Below the pieces are notes generated by a model. It did no database searches. It saw only the letters and a program-made list of their open reading frames with translations, and had not been told where the DNA came from. A stretch of 64,000 nt of DNA from Betaproteobacteria bacterium RIFCSPLOWO2_12_FULL_68_20. Lineage in GTDB: Bacteria > Pseudomonadota > Gammaproteobacteria > Burkholderiales > SG8-39. Below, piece after piece: positions 32,680 through 44,973 of this stretch (the first letter of the stretch is position 1; every line of letters starts with the position of its first letter). The translations under genes and the position numbers were made by a program. The stretch lies in assembly GCA_001770655.1 (NCBI GenBank), contig MERQ01000080.1:15272-79271 (forward strand), written 5' to 3'.

Positions 32680-33164
32680 GCGAAGTCGACGCGCTCGCGG
32701 CGCAAGTGGGCGCCCGCCTCAAGGCGGCCGGCGCGATGCTCGTCACCGCCGAATCGTGCACCGGCGGCGGGGTAGCGCAGGCGATCACGTCGGTGCCGGG
32801 CTCCTCCGACTGGTTCGAGCGCGGCTTCGTCGCCTACTCGAACGACTCCAAGCGCGAGCTGCTCGGCGTGAGGCCAGAGACGCTGCTGCGCCACGGCGCG
32901 GTCAGCCAGGAAACCGCGCGCGAGATGGCGCTCGGCGCGCTCGAGCGCGGCAAGGGCACGATTGCGCTGGCGGTCACGGGCGTCGCGGGACCCTCGGGGG
33001 GCACCGCGGCGAAGCCAGTCGGAACGGTGTGCCTTGCCTGGGCAGCCGACGGCCGTTCCGTGCGCAGCGAGACGCGCCATTTTTCCGGGGACCGCGAAGC
33101 CGTGCGCCGCCAGGCGGTCGTCCGGGCGCTCGAGGGAGCCATCGAAGGCCTTGACGCCGCCTGA
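32676..33164 (+). CDS. pncC: CinA C-terminal domain protein / nicotinamide-nucleotide amidase PncC
   Basis: Last 162 aa of ORF 32322-33164 (TAESCTGG...VAYSN..K...LGV). TTG overlaps the pgpA stop (TTGA). Confidence 0.85.
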   Translation: MSEVDALAAQVGARLKAAGAMLVTAESCTGGGVAQAITSVPGSSDWFERGFVAYSNDSKRELLGVRPETLLRHGAVSQETAREMALGALERGKGTIALAVTGVAGPSGGTAAKPVGTVCLAWAADGRSVRSETRHFSGDREAVRRQAVVRALEGAIEGLDAA

Positions 33165-33184
33165 CGGCGGACATACATAGGAGC

Positions 33185-34521
33185 ATGGCCGCAATCCGAC
33201 CCGCCGCAGTCGCCGGGATGTTCTATCCGGGCGAGGCGCGCGCGCTCGCCGCCGAGGTGCAGGAGCTTCTCGGCGGGGTGGAGCACCTCGCGCCGCGGCT
33301 CGGCTTTCCCAAGGTCCTGATCGTCCCGCACGCCGGCTACATCTACTCCGGCCCGGTGGCGGCGCGCGCCTACGACGAGCTTGGGCCGGCGCGCGGCATC
33401 GTCAAGCGCGTGGTCCTGCTCGGACCGGTGCACCGCGTACCGGTACGCGGCCTCGCGTTTCCCGGCTGGGACGGCTTCGCCACGCCGCTCGGTGTGGTGC
33501 CACTCGATCGGGCGGCGCTCGCCGCCGTGCAGGGCCTGCCGCAGGTGGTGAAAAGCGACCCGGCGCACGCGCTCGAGCACTCGCTCGAGGTGCAGTTGCC
33601 GTTCCTGCAGAAGGTTCTCGGCGACTTCTCGCTTGCGCCGTTCGCGGTCGGCTCGGCGAGCGTGGACGAGGTCGCCGAGGTGATCGAGCGGCTGTGGGGC
33701 GGACCCGAGACGCTGATCGTGATCTCGACCGACTTGTCGCACTATCACGCGTACGACGACGCCAGGCGCATCGACGGCTCGACCGTCTCGCGCATCTCGG
33801 GCCTCGTCACCGACCTCGACCACGAGGAGGCATGCGGCGCGACGCCGCTCAACGGCCTGCTCGCGGCGGCGAAACGCCGCGAGCTCTCGATCCGGCTGCT
33901 CGCCGCGTGCAACTCCGGTGATACCGCGGGCGGCAAGGACCGGGTGGTCGGCTACTCCTCGTTCGCGCTCGACGAAGGCGGCGCTGTGTCGCACGATGAG
34001 GCGGGCGGCACGCTCGTATCGATCGCGCGCGGCTCGATCGCCCACGCGCTGGGGCTGGGCGAGGCGCCCGGGCGCGGCGGCGCGCCGTGGCTCGCGCAGG
34101 CGGGCGCGACCTTCGTCACGCTCACGCGGGAGGGGCGTCTGCGCGGCTGCATCGGCAGCCTCGAGCCGGCGCGCGCGCTCGGCACGGACGTCGCCGAGAA
34201 CGCGCTCGGCGCGGCGTTCCGCGACCCGCGTTTCCCGGCGCTCGCGCGCGACGAATGGCCCCTCTGCCGGGTCGAGGTGTCGCTGCTCTCGGCGCCGAAG
34301 CCCATCCGCTTCGCCGACGAGGGCGATCTTCTCGAGCAGATCCGCGCCGGCGAGGACGGCATCATTCTCGAGCACGAGGGAAGGCGCGCGACGTACCTGC
34401 CGCAGGTGTGGGAAAGCCTGCCCGACAAGCGCCGCTTCCTCGAGGAGCTGAAACGCAAGGCCGGCATCGCGTCGGAGGCGCGCCTTGCGCGCTGCCGGCT
34501 GTCGCGCTACCGGGTGGTGAA

Positions 34522-34546
<25 letters not shown>
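33185..34546 (+). CDS. AmmeMemoRadiSam system protein B (Memo-like) fused to protein A (AMMECR1 domain)
   Basis: 453 aa. The N-terminal half is Memo-like (AVAGMFYPG, VPHAGYIYSG). The C-terminal half is AMMECR1-like (FVTL...GRLRGCIGS, YLPQVWE). Confidence 0.85.
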
Positions 34547-35621
<1,075 letters not shown>

Positions 35622-35625
<4 letters not shown>

Positions 35626-36869
35626 GCTCGCCCGGCTCGGGCGGCTGGCTCGCGTGGCTGTGCGCGAGCCGCGTGCTGTCGGCGGCCTGGTTCGTGGCGT
35701 ACTCGGCGGTGCTGCCGCTGGTGCGCGAGGCCTGGGGACTGTCGGCGCGCGAGGCCGGCATGATCCAGGGCTCGTTCCATCTCGGCTACCTGGTGTCGCT
35801 GTTCGTGGTCGGCTTCCTGGCCGATCACTTCGGTGCCAAGCGCGCGTTCCTCGTCACCGGCGTGGCGGGGTTCCTCACTCCGATCCTGTTCGTCGTGTTC
35901 GTCGAAGACTTCTGGTCGGCGCTGTGGCTGCATGCGCTCACGGGGCTTACGCAGGGCGGCTACTACACGCCGGTGCTGGCGATGGTGAACGACAACGTCG
36001 AGCGCCAGCGGCGCGGGCGCGCGATGGGCTTCCTGATCGCGGCTTCGAGCGCGGGTTACGCGCTCGCGCTCGGCACGGCGGGCCTCGTGCTGACCTTCGC
36101 CGGATGGCGCAGCGCGCTCTGGGTGCTCGCGGTGATGCCCGCGCTCGCCTGGGCGATCGCCGTGGTGGCGCTGCGTGGCACGCCGAACACCGTGCATCCG
36201 CGGCCGGCGGGGCACACCGTTCTCGCCTCGATCCCAGCGGTGCTGAAAAACAGAAACGGCATGCTCTCAGTGTGGGGTTACACCTTCCACAGCTGGGAGC
36301 TGCTCGGGCTTTGGGCGTGGCTGCCAGCGTTCCTCACCGCCTCGTTCGTCGCCGGCGGCATGAGCCCGGCCCAGGCCGCGGCGGCCGGAATCTCGCTCGG
36401 CGCGCTCACCTACGTCGCCAACATCGGCGGCAGCATTCTGGGGGGCGTCATGGCCGACCGCTGGGGGCGCACCCAGACCATCCTGCTGTGGTCCTCGGCG
36501 AGCCTCGCGCTTTCGTTCTCGATCGGCTGGCTGATCGCGCTCCCGGCCGGGCTGCTGGTCGCGCTGGCGTGCCTGTACAACCTCGCCGGGATCGCCGACT
36601 CCTCGGTGCACTCGACCGTGATCGCGGAGAGCGTGCCGCCGCACATATTGGGCGCGGCCTACGCGGTGCGCTCGGTGCTCGGCTTCGGCACCGGCGTGGT
36701 GAGCCCGGTGGTGTTCGGCTGGGCGCTCGACCTCGCGGGCGCGGGCGAGGCCCCGGCCGATGCCTTTGCTTGGGGCGTCGCCTGGTCGACGCTCGGGCTG
36801 GGCGGGCTGCTGGGGCCGCTCGCCACCTGGCGGCTGCAGCGCGCATCGGCGCCGCGTCCGTCGGGCTGA
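35622..36869 (+). CDS. MFS transporter
   Basis: C-terminal ~415 aa of ORF 35454-36869, about 12 hydrophobic helices. TTG at 35622 overlaps the rSAM stop (TTGA). The start is uncertain. Confidence 0.8.
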
Positions 36870-36953
36870 GGCTACGCGCCGGATCGTGCCGGGCAGATTA
36901 ATCGAGCACTTGCGACGGGTACGGGAATTGCATCGGTCGCGCCGAGCGTCGCG

Positions 36954-37421
36954 ATGCGATCACGAGCCTGCGTTGCCGTATTTCTCGCCGCCCTGTCCGC
37001 AGGCTGCGCGCAGGCCCCGAAGCCGCCGCCGGCGGCGCCCGCGCCTGCCGTTGCAGCTCCGCCTCCTTCTGAATCGCCGCTGCCGGTGCTGACGCTCGAC
37101 GGCTACAAGAAGCTGTTCGCGACCCGCGTCGCGCAGTCCAATCCGGAGCTGCTGGCCGATTCGCTTCCGCAAATGCTCAAGTCGGTGGTGGTGCTCGACA
37201 TCAGCATCGACCGCGACGGCGGACTCGCTCGCGTGTCGGTGCGCCGCTCGAACGGCTTCACTGCGCTCGAGAAACGCGCGATGGACAGCGTGCGCCGCGC
37301 CGCGCCGTTCGCCGCGCCCAACCTTCTCGTGCGCCGCGGCGAGAGCTCGCTCAGGTTTCTCGAGACGTTCCTGTTCCGCGACGACGGCCGATTCCAGGTG
37401 CGCAGCCTGGTCGAGAACTAA
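36954..37421 (+). CDS. lipoprotein with TonB C-terminal-like domain
   Basis: 155 aa with lipobox LSAGC, a Pro/Ala-rich linker and a C-terminal TonB_C-like pattern (VVVLDISIDRDGGLARVSVRRS...). Confidence 0.6.
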   Translation: MRSRACVAVFLAALSAGCAQAPKPPPAAPAPAVAAPPPSESPLPVLTLDGYKKLFATRVAQSNPELLADSLPQMLKSVVVLDISIDRDGGLARVSVRRSNGFTALEKRAMDSVRRAAPFAAPNLLVRRGESSLRFLETFLFRDDGRFQVRSLVEN

Positions 37422-37423
37422 GA

Positions 37424-37438
37424 AATGGGGTCAGATCA
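37424..37438. repeat. left inverted repeat TGGGGTCAGATCAAC
   Basis: Read directly from the sequence. Partner lies at 38223-38237. Confidence 0.85.
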
Positions 37439-38168
37439 ACATTTCGGACGCGGTTCGTTCCCCGGTGTCCTCGGCGGTCTTCCCCGATTTCAGCGGTCGA
37501 CCGCGTCTTGGTGGCCTGACCGAGCGGCCGAGGATCCGCTCAATTTCGTTCACGAAGCGCTCGCTGCCGAGCGCCCATCCCGTTTTTGTGAAGGCTCGTA
37601 TCTTCGCGAGCTCCTCTTGCGCCAAGCTGTCTTGGAACATCGCTCTGAACTGGGCGCGACGCTCAGGGGCGTCCGGAGCGAGTGCAATGAACCGGCCATG
37701 CTCCGTGACCAGCGGATCGGGAACGCCATGAGCGTAGTGTCGGTGGCTCGACCATGGGTAGGCGCCTGGATCGTCGACCATGCCTGCGCGTACCGGATTG
37801 AGTTCGATATAGCGGTGGCAGGTGAAGAGATATGAATCGCTATCGATCAGCGACGCTTTGAATCGTCCTTCCCAGAGAGTGCCCGTTCGCTGGTGGATCT
37901 CATTGAATATCCGCACATAGCGTCTTCCGACTTCCTGCATCATGTGCGATACCGCCCCGGAAGCGAGCGGGGTCACGAGAAGGTGCACATGATTGGTCAT
38001 CAGAACGTACGCGTGGACCTGGCATAGGCACCGCCGAGATGCCTTGCGCAGGCATGACAGATACAGGCGATAGTCGCCATGCGCCCCGAAACAGGCGCAC
38101 CGATTGTTGCCGCGCTGCACTACGTGCCGAGCTACGCCCGGCAAATCTAGCCGCGGTCGCCGGGCCAT
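37431..38168 (-). CDS. REP-associated / IS200-like Y1 (HUH) tyrosine transposase
   Basis: ORF 37431-38252. ATG at 38168 (MARRPRLDLPG...) is preferred because the upstream codons run through the right repeat. HUH motif NHVHLLV and a catalytic-Tyr region CHRYIELNPVRAG. Confidence 0.8.
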   Translation of the reverse strand: MARRPRLDLPGVARHVVQRGNNRCACFGAHGDYRLYLSCLRKASRRCLCQVHAYVLMTNHVHLLVTPLASGAVSHMMQEVGRRYVRIFNEIHQRTGTLWEGRFKASLIDSDSYLFTCHRYIELNPVRAGMVDDPGAYPWSSHRHYAHGVPDPLVTEHGRFIALAPDAPERRAQFRAMFQDSLAQEELAKIRAFTKTGWALGSERFVNEIERILGRSVRPPRRGRPLKSGKTAEDTGERTASEMLI

Positions 38169-38222
38169 TGGGGCATGACTTTCCACGCCGTCATGCCACC
38201 AAAACGCACAACTCGGGAAAAA

Positions 38223-38237
38223 GTTGATCTGACCCCA
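38223..38237. repeat. right inverted repeat GTTGATCTGACCCCA
   Basis: Exact reverse complement of 37424-37438. Ends 1 nt from the stop codon of the 38239-39114 gene. Confidence 0.85.
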
Positions 38238-38238
38238 A

Positions 38239-39114
38239 TTAATCCTTCGCAAGAAGGTGCATGAGGCTGGAGGTGTCCCAGCGGCTGCCGCCGCGCGCCT
38301 GGATCTGCGCGTAGAACTGGTCCACCAGCGCCGTCACCGGCAGCCGCGCGCCGTTCTTCTTCGCCTCCTCCAGGCAGATGCCGAGATCCTTCCTCATCCA
38401 GTCCACGGCGAAGCCGAAGCCGTCGAACTTGACCTCGTTCATCTGCTTCCAGCGGTTCTCCATCTGCCAGGACTGCGCCGCGCCCTTGGAGATCACCGAG
38501 AACACCCTGTCCATGTCGAGGCCGGCGCGCTTGCCGAAGTTGATGCCTTCGGCAAGCCCCTGCACCAGCCCGGCGATCACGATCTGGTTCACCATCTTGG
38601 TAAGCTGCCCCGCCCCGGGACCGCCGATCAGCGCGCAGCTCTTGGCATACAGATCGAGGGCCGGCTTGACCTTGTCGAAATCGGGCTGCTCGCCGCCGCA
38701 CATGATGCCGAGCTGCCCGTTCTGCGCGCCCGCCTGCCCGCCCGAGACAGGTGCGTCCACGAAGCCGATGCCCTTTTCCTTCGCCTTGGCGTGGACTTCG
38801 CGCGCCACGATCGCCGAGGCGGTGGTGTGGTCCACCAGGATCGCGCCCTTCTTCATCCCCGCCAAGGCTCCGTTGTCGCCGTAGACCACCGAGCGCACGT
38901 CGCTGTCGTTGCCGACGCACATCATGACGAAATCGCAGTCCTTCGCCGCCTCGCGCGGGGTGGGGGCGGAATTGCCGTCGTGCTCCTTCGCCCACTGCTG
39001 GACCTTGGCCGCGGTGCGGTTGTATACGGTGACGTCGTGCCCCCCCTTTTTCAGCAGGTGGCCCGCCATCGGGTAGCCCATCACGCCCAGACCGAGAAAT
39101 GCGAGCTTTGCCAT
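38239..39114 (-). CDS. NAD(P)-dependent 3-hydroxyisobutyrate dehydrogenase-family oxidoreductase
   Basis: ORF 38239-39126. ATG at 39114 ([13 protein letters not shown]) is preceded by GGAGA. Rossmann motif GLGVMG. Confidence 0.85.
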   Translation of the reverse strand: MAKLAFLGLGVMGYPMAGHLLKKGGHDVTVYNRTAAKVQQWAKEHDGNSAPTPREAAKDCDFVMMCVGNDSDVRSVVYGDNGALAGMKKGAILVDHTTASAIVAREVHAKAKEKGIGFVDAPVSGGQAGAQNGQLGIMCGGEQPDFDKVKPALDLYAKSCALIGGPGAGQLTKMVNQIVIAGLVQGLAEGINFGKRAGLDMDRVFSVISKGAAQSWQMENRWKQMNEVKFDGFGFAVDWMRKDLGICLEEAKKNGARLPVTALVDQFYAQIQARGGSRWDTSSLMHLLAKD

Positions 39115-39170
39115 GTGCGTCTCCAAGGGTTTGTTCTGATTCGGGAAAACCGGAATTTACCACCGTCGGG

Positions 39171-39198
39171 TTGACAGCCAGCCGTCAACCCTTACAAT
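39171..39198 (+). promoter_or_regulatory. putative recA promoter (TTGACA-16 nt-TACAAT)
   Basis: Consensus -35 and a near-consensus -10 about 80 nt upstream of the recA ATG. Confidence 0.5.
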
Positions 39199-39200
39199 AC

Positions 39201-39216
39201 CTGGACGTTTATACAG
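39201..39216 (+). promoter_or_regulatory. putative LexA (SOS) box CTGG-N8-ACAG
   Basis: CTGGACGTTTATACAG lies immediately after the -10 hexamer. One mismatch to CTGT-N8-ACAG. Confidence 0.5.
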
Positions 39217-39278
39217 TATCCGGTGCCGGCCCGGGCCCCGCCCGCCGCAGATGCCGACGTCAAAAGAAGAGGTACAGC

Positions 39279-40342
<1,064 letters not shown>

Positions 40343-40346
<4 letters not shown>

Positions 40347-40801
40347 AACCGAAGGCTCCTTATTCGCCTGCGGAGCTCAAGGCGCGGGCGCTCAGGCACC
40401 TGGTGCGGCGCGAGCATTCGCGGGCGGAGCTCGCCCGCAAGCTCGCACCGCACGCGGAGTCACCCGAGGCGCTCGAGGCCTTGCTCGATCAGCTTCTTTC
40501 CAGGAAGCACTTGTCGGATGAGCGTTACGCGGAAGAGCGCGCACGCACACTGTCGCGCAAGTACGGCGCGGCGAAGATCCGCCGGGATCTGAAGGCCAAA
40601 GGCGTGCCCGACGAGCTTGTCGATCGCGTTTCCTCGGAAGGCGAGCTCGAGCGGGCGCGTGCCATCCTGAGCCGCAAGTACCGCGGCCCCGCCACAGCGC
40701 GCGAGGAGCGCGCCAGGCGCGCGCGCTTCCTGCAGGGCCGCGGTTTTTCGTACGACACCATCCGGCGCGCGCTTGGCGCGTCATCCGAAGACACTGTATA
40801 G
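40343..40801 (+). CDS. recX: recombination regulator RecX
   Basis: Last 152 aa of ORF 39458-40801. GTGA overlap with the recA stop. RecX repeat pattern ([11 protein letters not shown]-type). Confidence 0.9.
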
Positions 40802-40848
40802 ACGTTCATCTTCGTACGCCGCGTCATTCGCCGCGGCGTGGAAAGGGG

Positions 40849-41196
40849 GTGATCGGCATGAATCCAGCACAGGCACTCGAGCTGGTGCGCGCGCTCGCCA
40901 ACGGGGTCGACCCGGACTCGGGCGAAGTGTTCCCGCCGGGGTCGCCGTACCAGCGGCCCCAGGTGGTGCGCGCGCTCTACGAGGCGGCCTCCGCCCTGGA
41001 GCGCAGCGCGCGCTTCGAGACCCGCAAGGCGCAGCTGCCGCCGAAGACCGGCGAGCCGTGGACGGAGGACGAGGACCGCAAGCTCCTCGCCTCGTTCGAC
41101 GCCGGCCGCGCGCTGCAGGAGCTCGCAGCCGCGCATGAGCGCACCATGAACGGCGTGCGCGCGCGGCTCGTGAAATACGGGCGGCTCGCCGCGTGA
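40849..41196 (+). CDS. hypothetical protein with Myb/SANT-like segment
   Basis: 115-aa [43 protein letters not shown] resembles a Myb-type HTH repeat. No firm family assignment. Confidence 0.5.
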   Translation: MIGMNPAQALELVRALANGVDPDSGEVFPPGSPYQRPQVVRALYEAASALERSARFETRKAQLPPKTGEPWTEDEDRKLLASFDAGRALQELAAAHERTMNGVRARLVKYGRLAA

Positions 41197-41202
41197 GCCT
41201 CG

Positions 41203-41240
41203 AGGATGGCTGCGGGGCGGCGTCGTTCCGCAGCCATCCT
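41203..41240 (+). other. perfect 13-bp stem-loop directly upstream of alaS
   Basis: AGGATGGCTGCGG - 12-nt loop - CCGCAGCCATCCT. Followed by TT then TACAAT (41242-41247), then the alaS ATG at 41255. Confidence 0.6.
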
Positions 41241-41254
41241 TTACAATTGGCTCG

Positions 41255-43870
41255 ATGAAGAGCGCCGAGATCCGCTCGAGCTTCCTCGAGTATTTCCGCT
41301 CCCAGGGTCACACCCTCGTGCCCTCGAGCTCGCTCGTGCCGGCGGCCGATCCGACGCTGCTGTTCGTCAACTCGGGCATGGTGCAGTTCAAGGACGTGTT
41401 CCTCGGCAGGGAGAAACGCCCCTACACGCGCGCCGTCACGTCACAGCGCTCGCTGCGCGCCGGAGGCAAGCACAACGACCTCGAGAACGTCGGCTACACC
41501 GCGCGCCACCACACGTTTTTCGAGATGCTCGGCAATTTCTCCTTCGGCGACTACTTCAAGAAGGATGCGATCCGTTTCGCCTGGGAGCTGCTCACGAAGA
41601 TCTACGGGCTGCCGGCCGAGCGGCTCTGGATCACGGTGTACCAGACCGACGACGAGGCCTACGACGTCTGGACCAAGGGCATCCGCGTTCCCGGGGAGCG
41701 CTGCATCCGCGTCGGCGACAAGCCGGGCGGGCACAAGTACCAGTCGGACAATTTCTGGCAGATGGCCGACACCGGGCCGTGCGGGCCGTGCAGCGAGATC
41801 TTCTACGACCACGGCCCGGGCATCGAGGGCGGCCCGCCCGGATCCCCGGAAGCCGAGGGCGACCGTTACGTCGAGATCTGGAACCTCGTGTTCATGCAGT
41901 TCAACCGCGACGACAAGGGCGTGCTGCACCCGCTGCCCAAGCCCTCGGTCGACACGGGGATGGGCCTGGAGCGAATCGCCACGGTGCTGCAGGGCAAGCA
42001 CTCCAACTACGACATCGATCTGTTCCAGGATCTCATCCGGGCTGCGGCGCGCGAAACCGGGCAGAAGCAGCTGAAAAATCCCTCGCTCAACGTGATCGCC
42101 GACCACGTCCGCGCCTGCAGCTTCCTCATCGTGGACGGCGTGATTCCGGGAAACGAGGGCCGGGGGTACGTGCTGCGCCGGATCATCCGGCGCGCGATCC
42201 GCCACGGCTACAAGCTGGGGCAGAAGCGGCCGTTCTTTCATCGCATCGTCGAGGACCTGGACAAGGCGATGGGCGACGCTTACCCGGAGCTGCGCAACGA
42301 CAGGCAGCGCGTCGCGGGGGTGCTCAGGCAGGAAGAGGAGCGCTTCGCGGAAACGCTGGAAAACGGGATGAGCGTGCTCGAATCGGCGCTCGCCTCGGGC
42401 GAGAAGCTGCTCGACGGCGACACCGTGTTCCGCCTCTACGACACCTTCGGCTTTCCGGTCGACCTCACCGCCGACATCTGCCGCGAGCGGGGGGTGAGAA
42501 TCGACATGGCGGGATTCGAAGCGGCGATGGACGGCCAGCGCGAGCGGGGGCGCGCCGCCTCGAGGTTCTCGATGGCCGCCGGGCTCGAGTACTCGGGCGG
42601 CAAGACGGAGTTCCGCGGCTACGAGACGCTCGCCGCGCGCGGCAAGGTGCTCGCCCTGTACCGGGAAGGCACGCCGGTCGCGGAGCTGGGCACGGGCGAG
42701 ACCGGAGTGGTGGTGCTCGATCGAACGCCCTTTTACGCCGAATCGGGCGGCCAGGTCGGCGATCGCGGCGAGCTCGCGGGGCCCGCAGGATCGTTCGCAG
42801 TCGAGGACACGCAGAAGATCCAGGCCGAGGTGTTCGGCCACCGCGGCACGCAGAAGACCGGCGTACTGCGCGCGGGCGAGGAGGCCGGCGCCCAGGTGGA
42901 CGCAGTGTCGCGCCGCCGCACCATGTGGAATCACTCGGCGACGCACCTCATGCACTCGGCGCTGCGCCGGGTGCTCGGCAAGCACGTGCAGCAAAGGGGC
43001 TCGCTGGTGGACGCGGAGCGCACGCGCTTCGATTTTTCGCATACGCAGCCGATGACCGAAGACGAGATCCGCAAGGTCGAGGCGCTGGTGAACGGCGCAA
43101 TCCAGCGCAACTACGAGGTGACGGCGCGCATCATGAAGTACGAGGAGGCGATCCGCGCCGGCGCGCTTGCGTTCTTCGGCGACAAGTACGGCGACGAGGT
43201 GCGCGTGCTGTCGATGGGGGACTTTTCCACCGAGCTGTGCGGCGGCACGCATGTCGCGCGCACCGGCGACATCGGCTTCTTCAAGATCGTGTCGGAGTCG
43301 GGCGTGGCGGCGGGAGTGCGCCGCGTCGAGGCGCTGACCGGCGAAGGCGCGCTCGCCTGGGTGCAGCAGCAGGAGGCGAAGCTCGCCGAGGCCGCCGCGG
43401 TGCTCAAGGCACCGGTCGGGGAGGTGAGCGCGAAGATCGCCCAGGTTCTCGACAACGCCAGGTCGCTCGAGCGCGAGCTCGCGCGGCTCAAGTCCAGGCT
43501 CGCCTCCTCGCAGGGCGAGGACCTCGCCGCGCAGGCGGTCGAGGTGAAGGGGACGAAGGTGCTCGCGGCGGCGCTGGAGGGGGCGGACGCGCGGACGCTG
43601 CGCGAGACGATGGACCAGCTCAAGGAGCGCCTCAAATCGGCGGCGATCGTGCTCGGCGCGGTGAGCGACGGGAAGGTGGCGCTCGTCGCAGGCGTGACCC
43701 CCGACCTTACCGCCAGGGTGAAGGCCGGCGAGCTCGTCAACTATGTCGCGCAGCAGGTCGGCGGCAGGGGCGGCGGGCGGCCCGACATGGCGCAGGCCGG
43801 CGGCACCGACGCGGCGAAGCTGCCCGCCGCGCTGCGCTCGGTGAGCTCGTGGGTCTCGGAACGGCTCTGA
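41255..43870 (+). CDS. alaS: alanine--tRNA ligase
   Basis: 871 aa, full-length AlaRS ([29 protein letters not shown], the editing-domain HxxxH motif HSATHLMH and the C-terminal DHHA1 domain). Confidence 0.97.
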   Translation: MKSAEIRSSFLEYFRSQGHTLVPSSSLVPAADPTLLFVNSGMVQFKDVFLGREKRPYTRAVTSQRSLRAGGKHNDLENVGYTARHHTFFEMLGNFSFGDYFKKDAIRFAWELLTKIYGLPAERLWITVYQTDDEAYDVWTKGIRVPGERCIRVGDKPGGHKYQSDNFWQMADTGPCGPCSEIFYDHGPGIEGGPPGSPEAEGDRYVEIWNLVFMQFNRDDKGVLHPLPKPSVDTGMGLERIATVLQGKHSNYDIDLFQDLIRAAARETGQKQLKNPSLNVIADHVRACSFLIVDGVIPGNEGRGYVLRRIIRRAIRHGYKLGQKRPFFHRIVEDLDKAMGDAYPELRNDRQRVAGVLRQEEERFAETLENGMSVLESALASGEKLLDGDTVFRLYDTFGFPVDLTADICRERGVRIDMAGFEAAMDGQRERGRAASRFSMAAGLEYSGGKTEFRGYETLAARGKVLALYREGTPVAELGTGETGVVVLDRTPFYAESGGQVGDRGELAGPAGSFAVEDTQKIQAEVFGHRGTQKTGVLRAGEEAGAQVDAVSRRRTMWNHSATHLMHSALRRVLGKHVQQRGSLVDAERTRFDFSHTQPMTEDEIRKVEALVNGAIQRNYEVTARIMKYEEAIRAGALAFFGDKYGDEVRVLSMGDFSTELCGGTHVARTGDIGFFKIVSESGVAAGVRRVEALTGEGALAWVQQQEAKLAEAAAVLKAPVGEVSAKIAQVLDNARSLERELARLKSRLASSQGEDLAAQAVEVKGTKVLAAALEGADARTLRETMDQLKERLKSAAIVLGAVSDGKVALVAGVTPDLTARVKAGELVNYVAQQVGGRGGGRPDMAQAGGTDAAKLPAALRSVSSWVSERL

Positions 43871-43874
43871 GCGG

Positions 43875-44840
43875 CTAGAAGCCGATCCTCTGCCTCTTGC
43901 CGCGCGGGTCCTGAATGTCCGCGGGCTCGATCTGGTCGCGCCCGGCGAGCTTGGCGTTGCCGAAAGCCGATTGAATCGCCCGCCGCATCTCGCGCAGCGA
44001 AAGCGCCGCGAGCTTCTCGAGCGCCGCTTGCGAAGGGGCATGCGGAAGTCGCCTGCCCCAGTCGTGGGCGTTGCGGATCTCGCGGTAGATCGCGCTAGCG
44101 ATGCGCGCCGAACCTTCCTCGCCTGGCGGCTCGATCTCGTAGACGTTCAGCCGGTCGAGCAGCGGCTCGGGGATGCGCGATGCGTCGTTCGCGGTCGCGA
44201 TCCACACCGCGCCCGAGGTGTCGATCGGCACCTCGGCGAATTCGTCGACGAAGCGCGTCGCCGTGTCGGCCTCGAGCAGCTCATAGAGCGCGCCGAGCGG
44301 ATCGTACTGGCTCTCTGCGCTCGCCTTGTCGAGCTCGTCCACGGCGATGACCGGGTTGGCGTACTCGCCGTTCAGGAACGTGTCGAATACCTTGCCGGGC
44401 TTGGCGTTCCTCCATTGCGAGGAGGCCCCGGAAAGGATCCAGCCCGCGGTCAGCGAGCTCATCGGCACGAAGCCGAAGCCGGTGCCGAGGAGCCGGGAGA
44501 CCCTGCGCGCGAAAAAGGTCTTGCCGATGCCCGGCTCGCCGAGCAGCAGCATCGGCGGCAGCTCGACCGAGTCGGCGGAGTCGACGCACAGCGCGAGCTG
44601 CTTGCGGATGTCCTCGAGGACTTCGGTGAAGTTGGGCAGATCCTCGAACAGGTCCTGCATCGGAGGCAGCGCCGAGGGCTTGACGGTGAAACGCTGCCCG
44701 CCGAGCCGCACCATCTTCTCGTACAGCGCGCGCAGCGCCTCGTTGGCTGCGGGAGAAAGCTCCTGCAGGGCTTTCTCGACGCCCGAGACGTCGTAGACGT
44801 CCTTGAAGCCCGCGACCGGAATAGCGACGTTCGACGACAT
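43875..44840 (-). CDS. stand-alone AAA+ ATPase with Lon-type ATPase module
   Basis: 321 aa. Walker A GEPGIGKTF, Walker B IAVDELDK, and Lon-like stretches DPLGALYELLE...IATAN...IPEPLLDRL. Strong AGGAGG SD. Confidence 0.8.
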   Translation of the reverse strand: MSSNVAIPVAGFKDVYDVSGVEKALQELSPAANEALRALYEKMVRLGGQRFTVKPSALPPMQDLFEDLPNFTEVLEDIRKQLALCVDSADSVELPPMLLLGEPGIGKTFFARRVSRLLGTGFGFVPMSSLTAGWILSGASSQWRNAKPGKVFDTFLNGEYANPVIAVDELDKASAESQYDPLGALYELLEADTATRFVDEFAEVPIDTSGAVWIATANDASRIPEPLLDRLNVYEIEPPGEEGSARIASAIYREIRNAHDWGRRLPHAPSQAALEKLAALSLREMRRAIQSAFGNAKLAGRDQIEPADIQDPRGKRQRIGF

Positions 44841-44973
44841 TGTTACCTCCTGGCTGCTTTTTTTCGCCGGAACTGCTTTCCCAACGAAAACCTAGCATGC
44901 CCCCTGTGCCGGAGCAAATTGCGCGCCCGGCAGCGGACCCGCGCGAGTGCTGACCGGTAGAATCCGGCCCGCC

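Larger units (their letters stand above)
37424..38237 (-). mobile_element. RAYT / IS200-like tyrosine-transposase unit bounded by perfect 15-bp inverted repeats
   Basis: TGGGGTCAGATCAAC at 37424-37438 and its exact reverse complement at 38223-38237 bracket a single Y1 transposase gene. The unit fills the whole intergenic gap. Confidence 0.6.
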
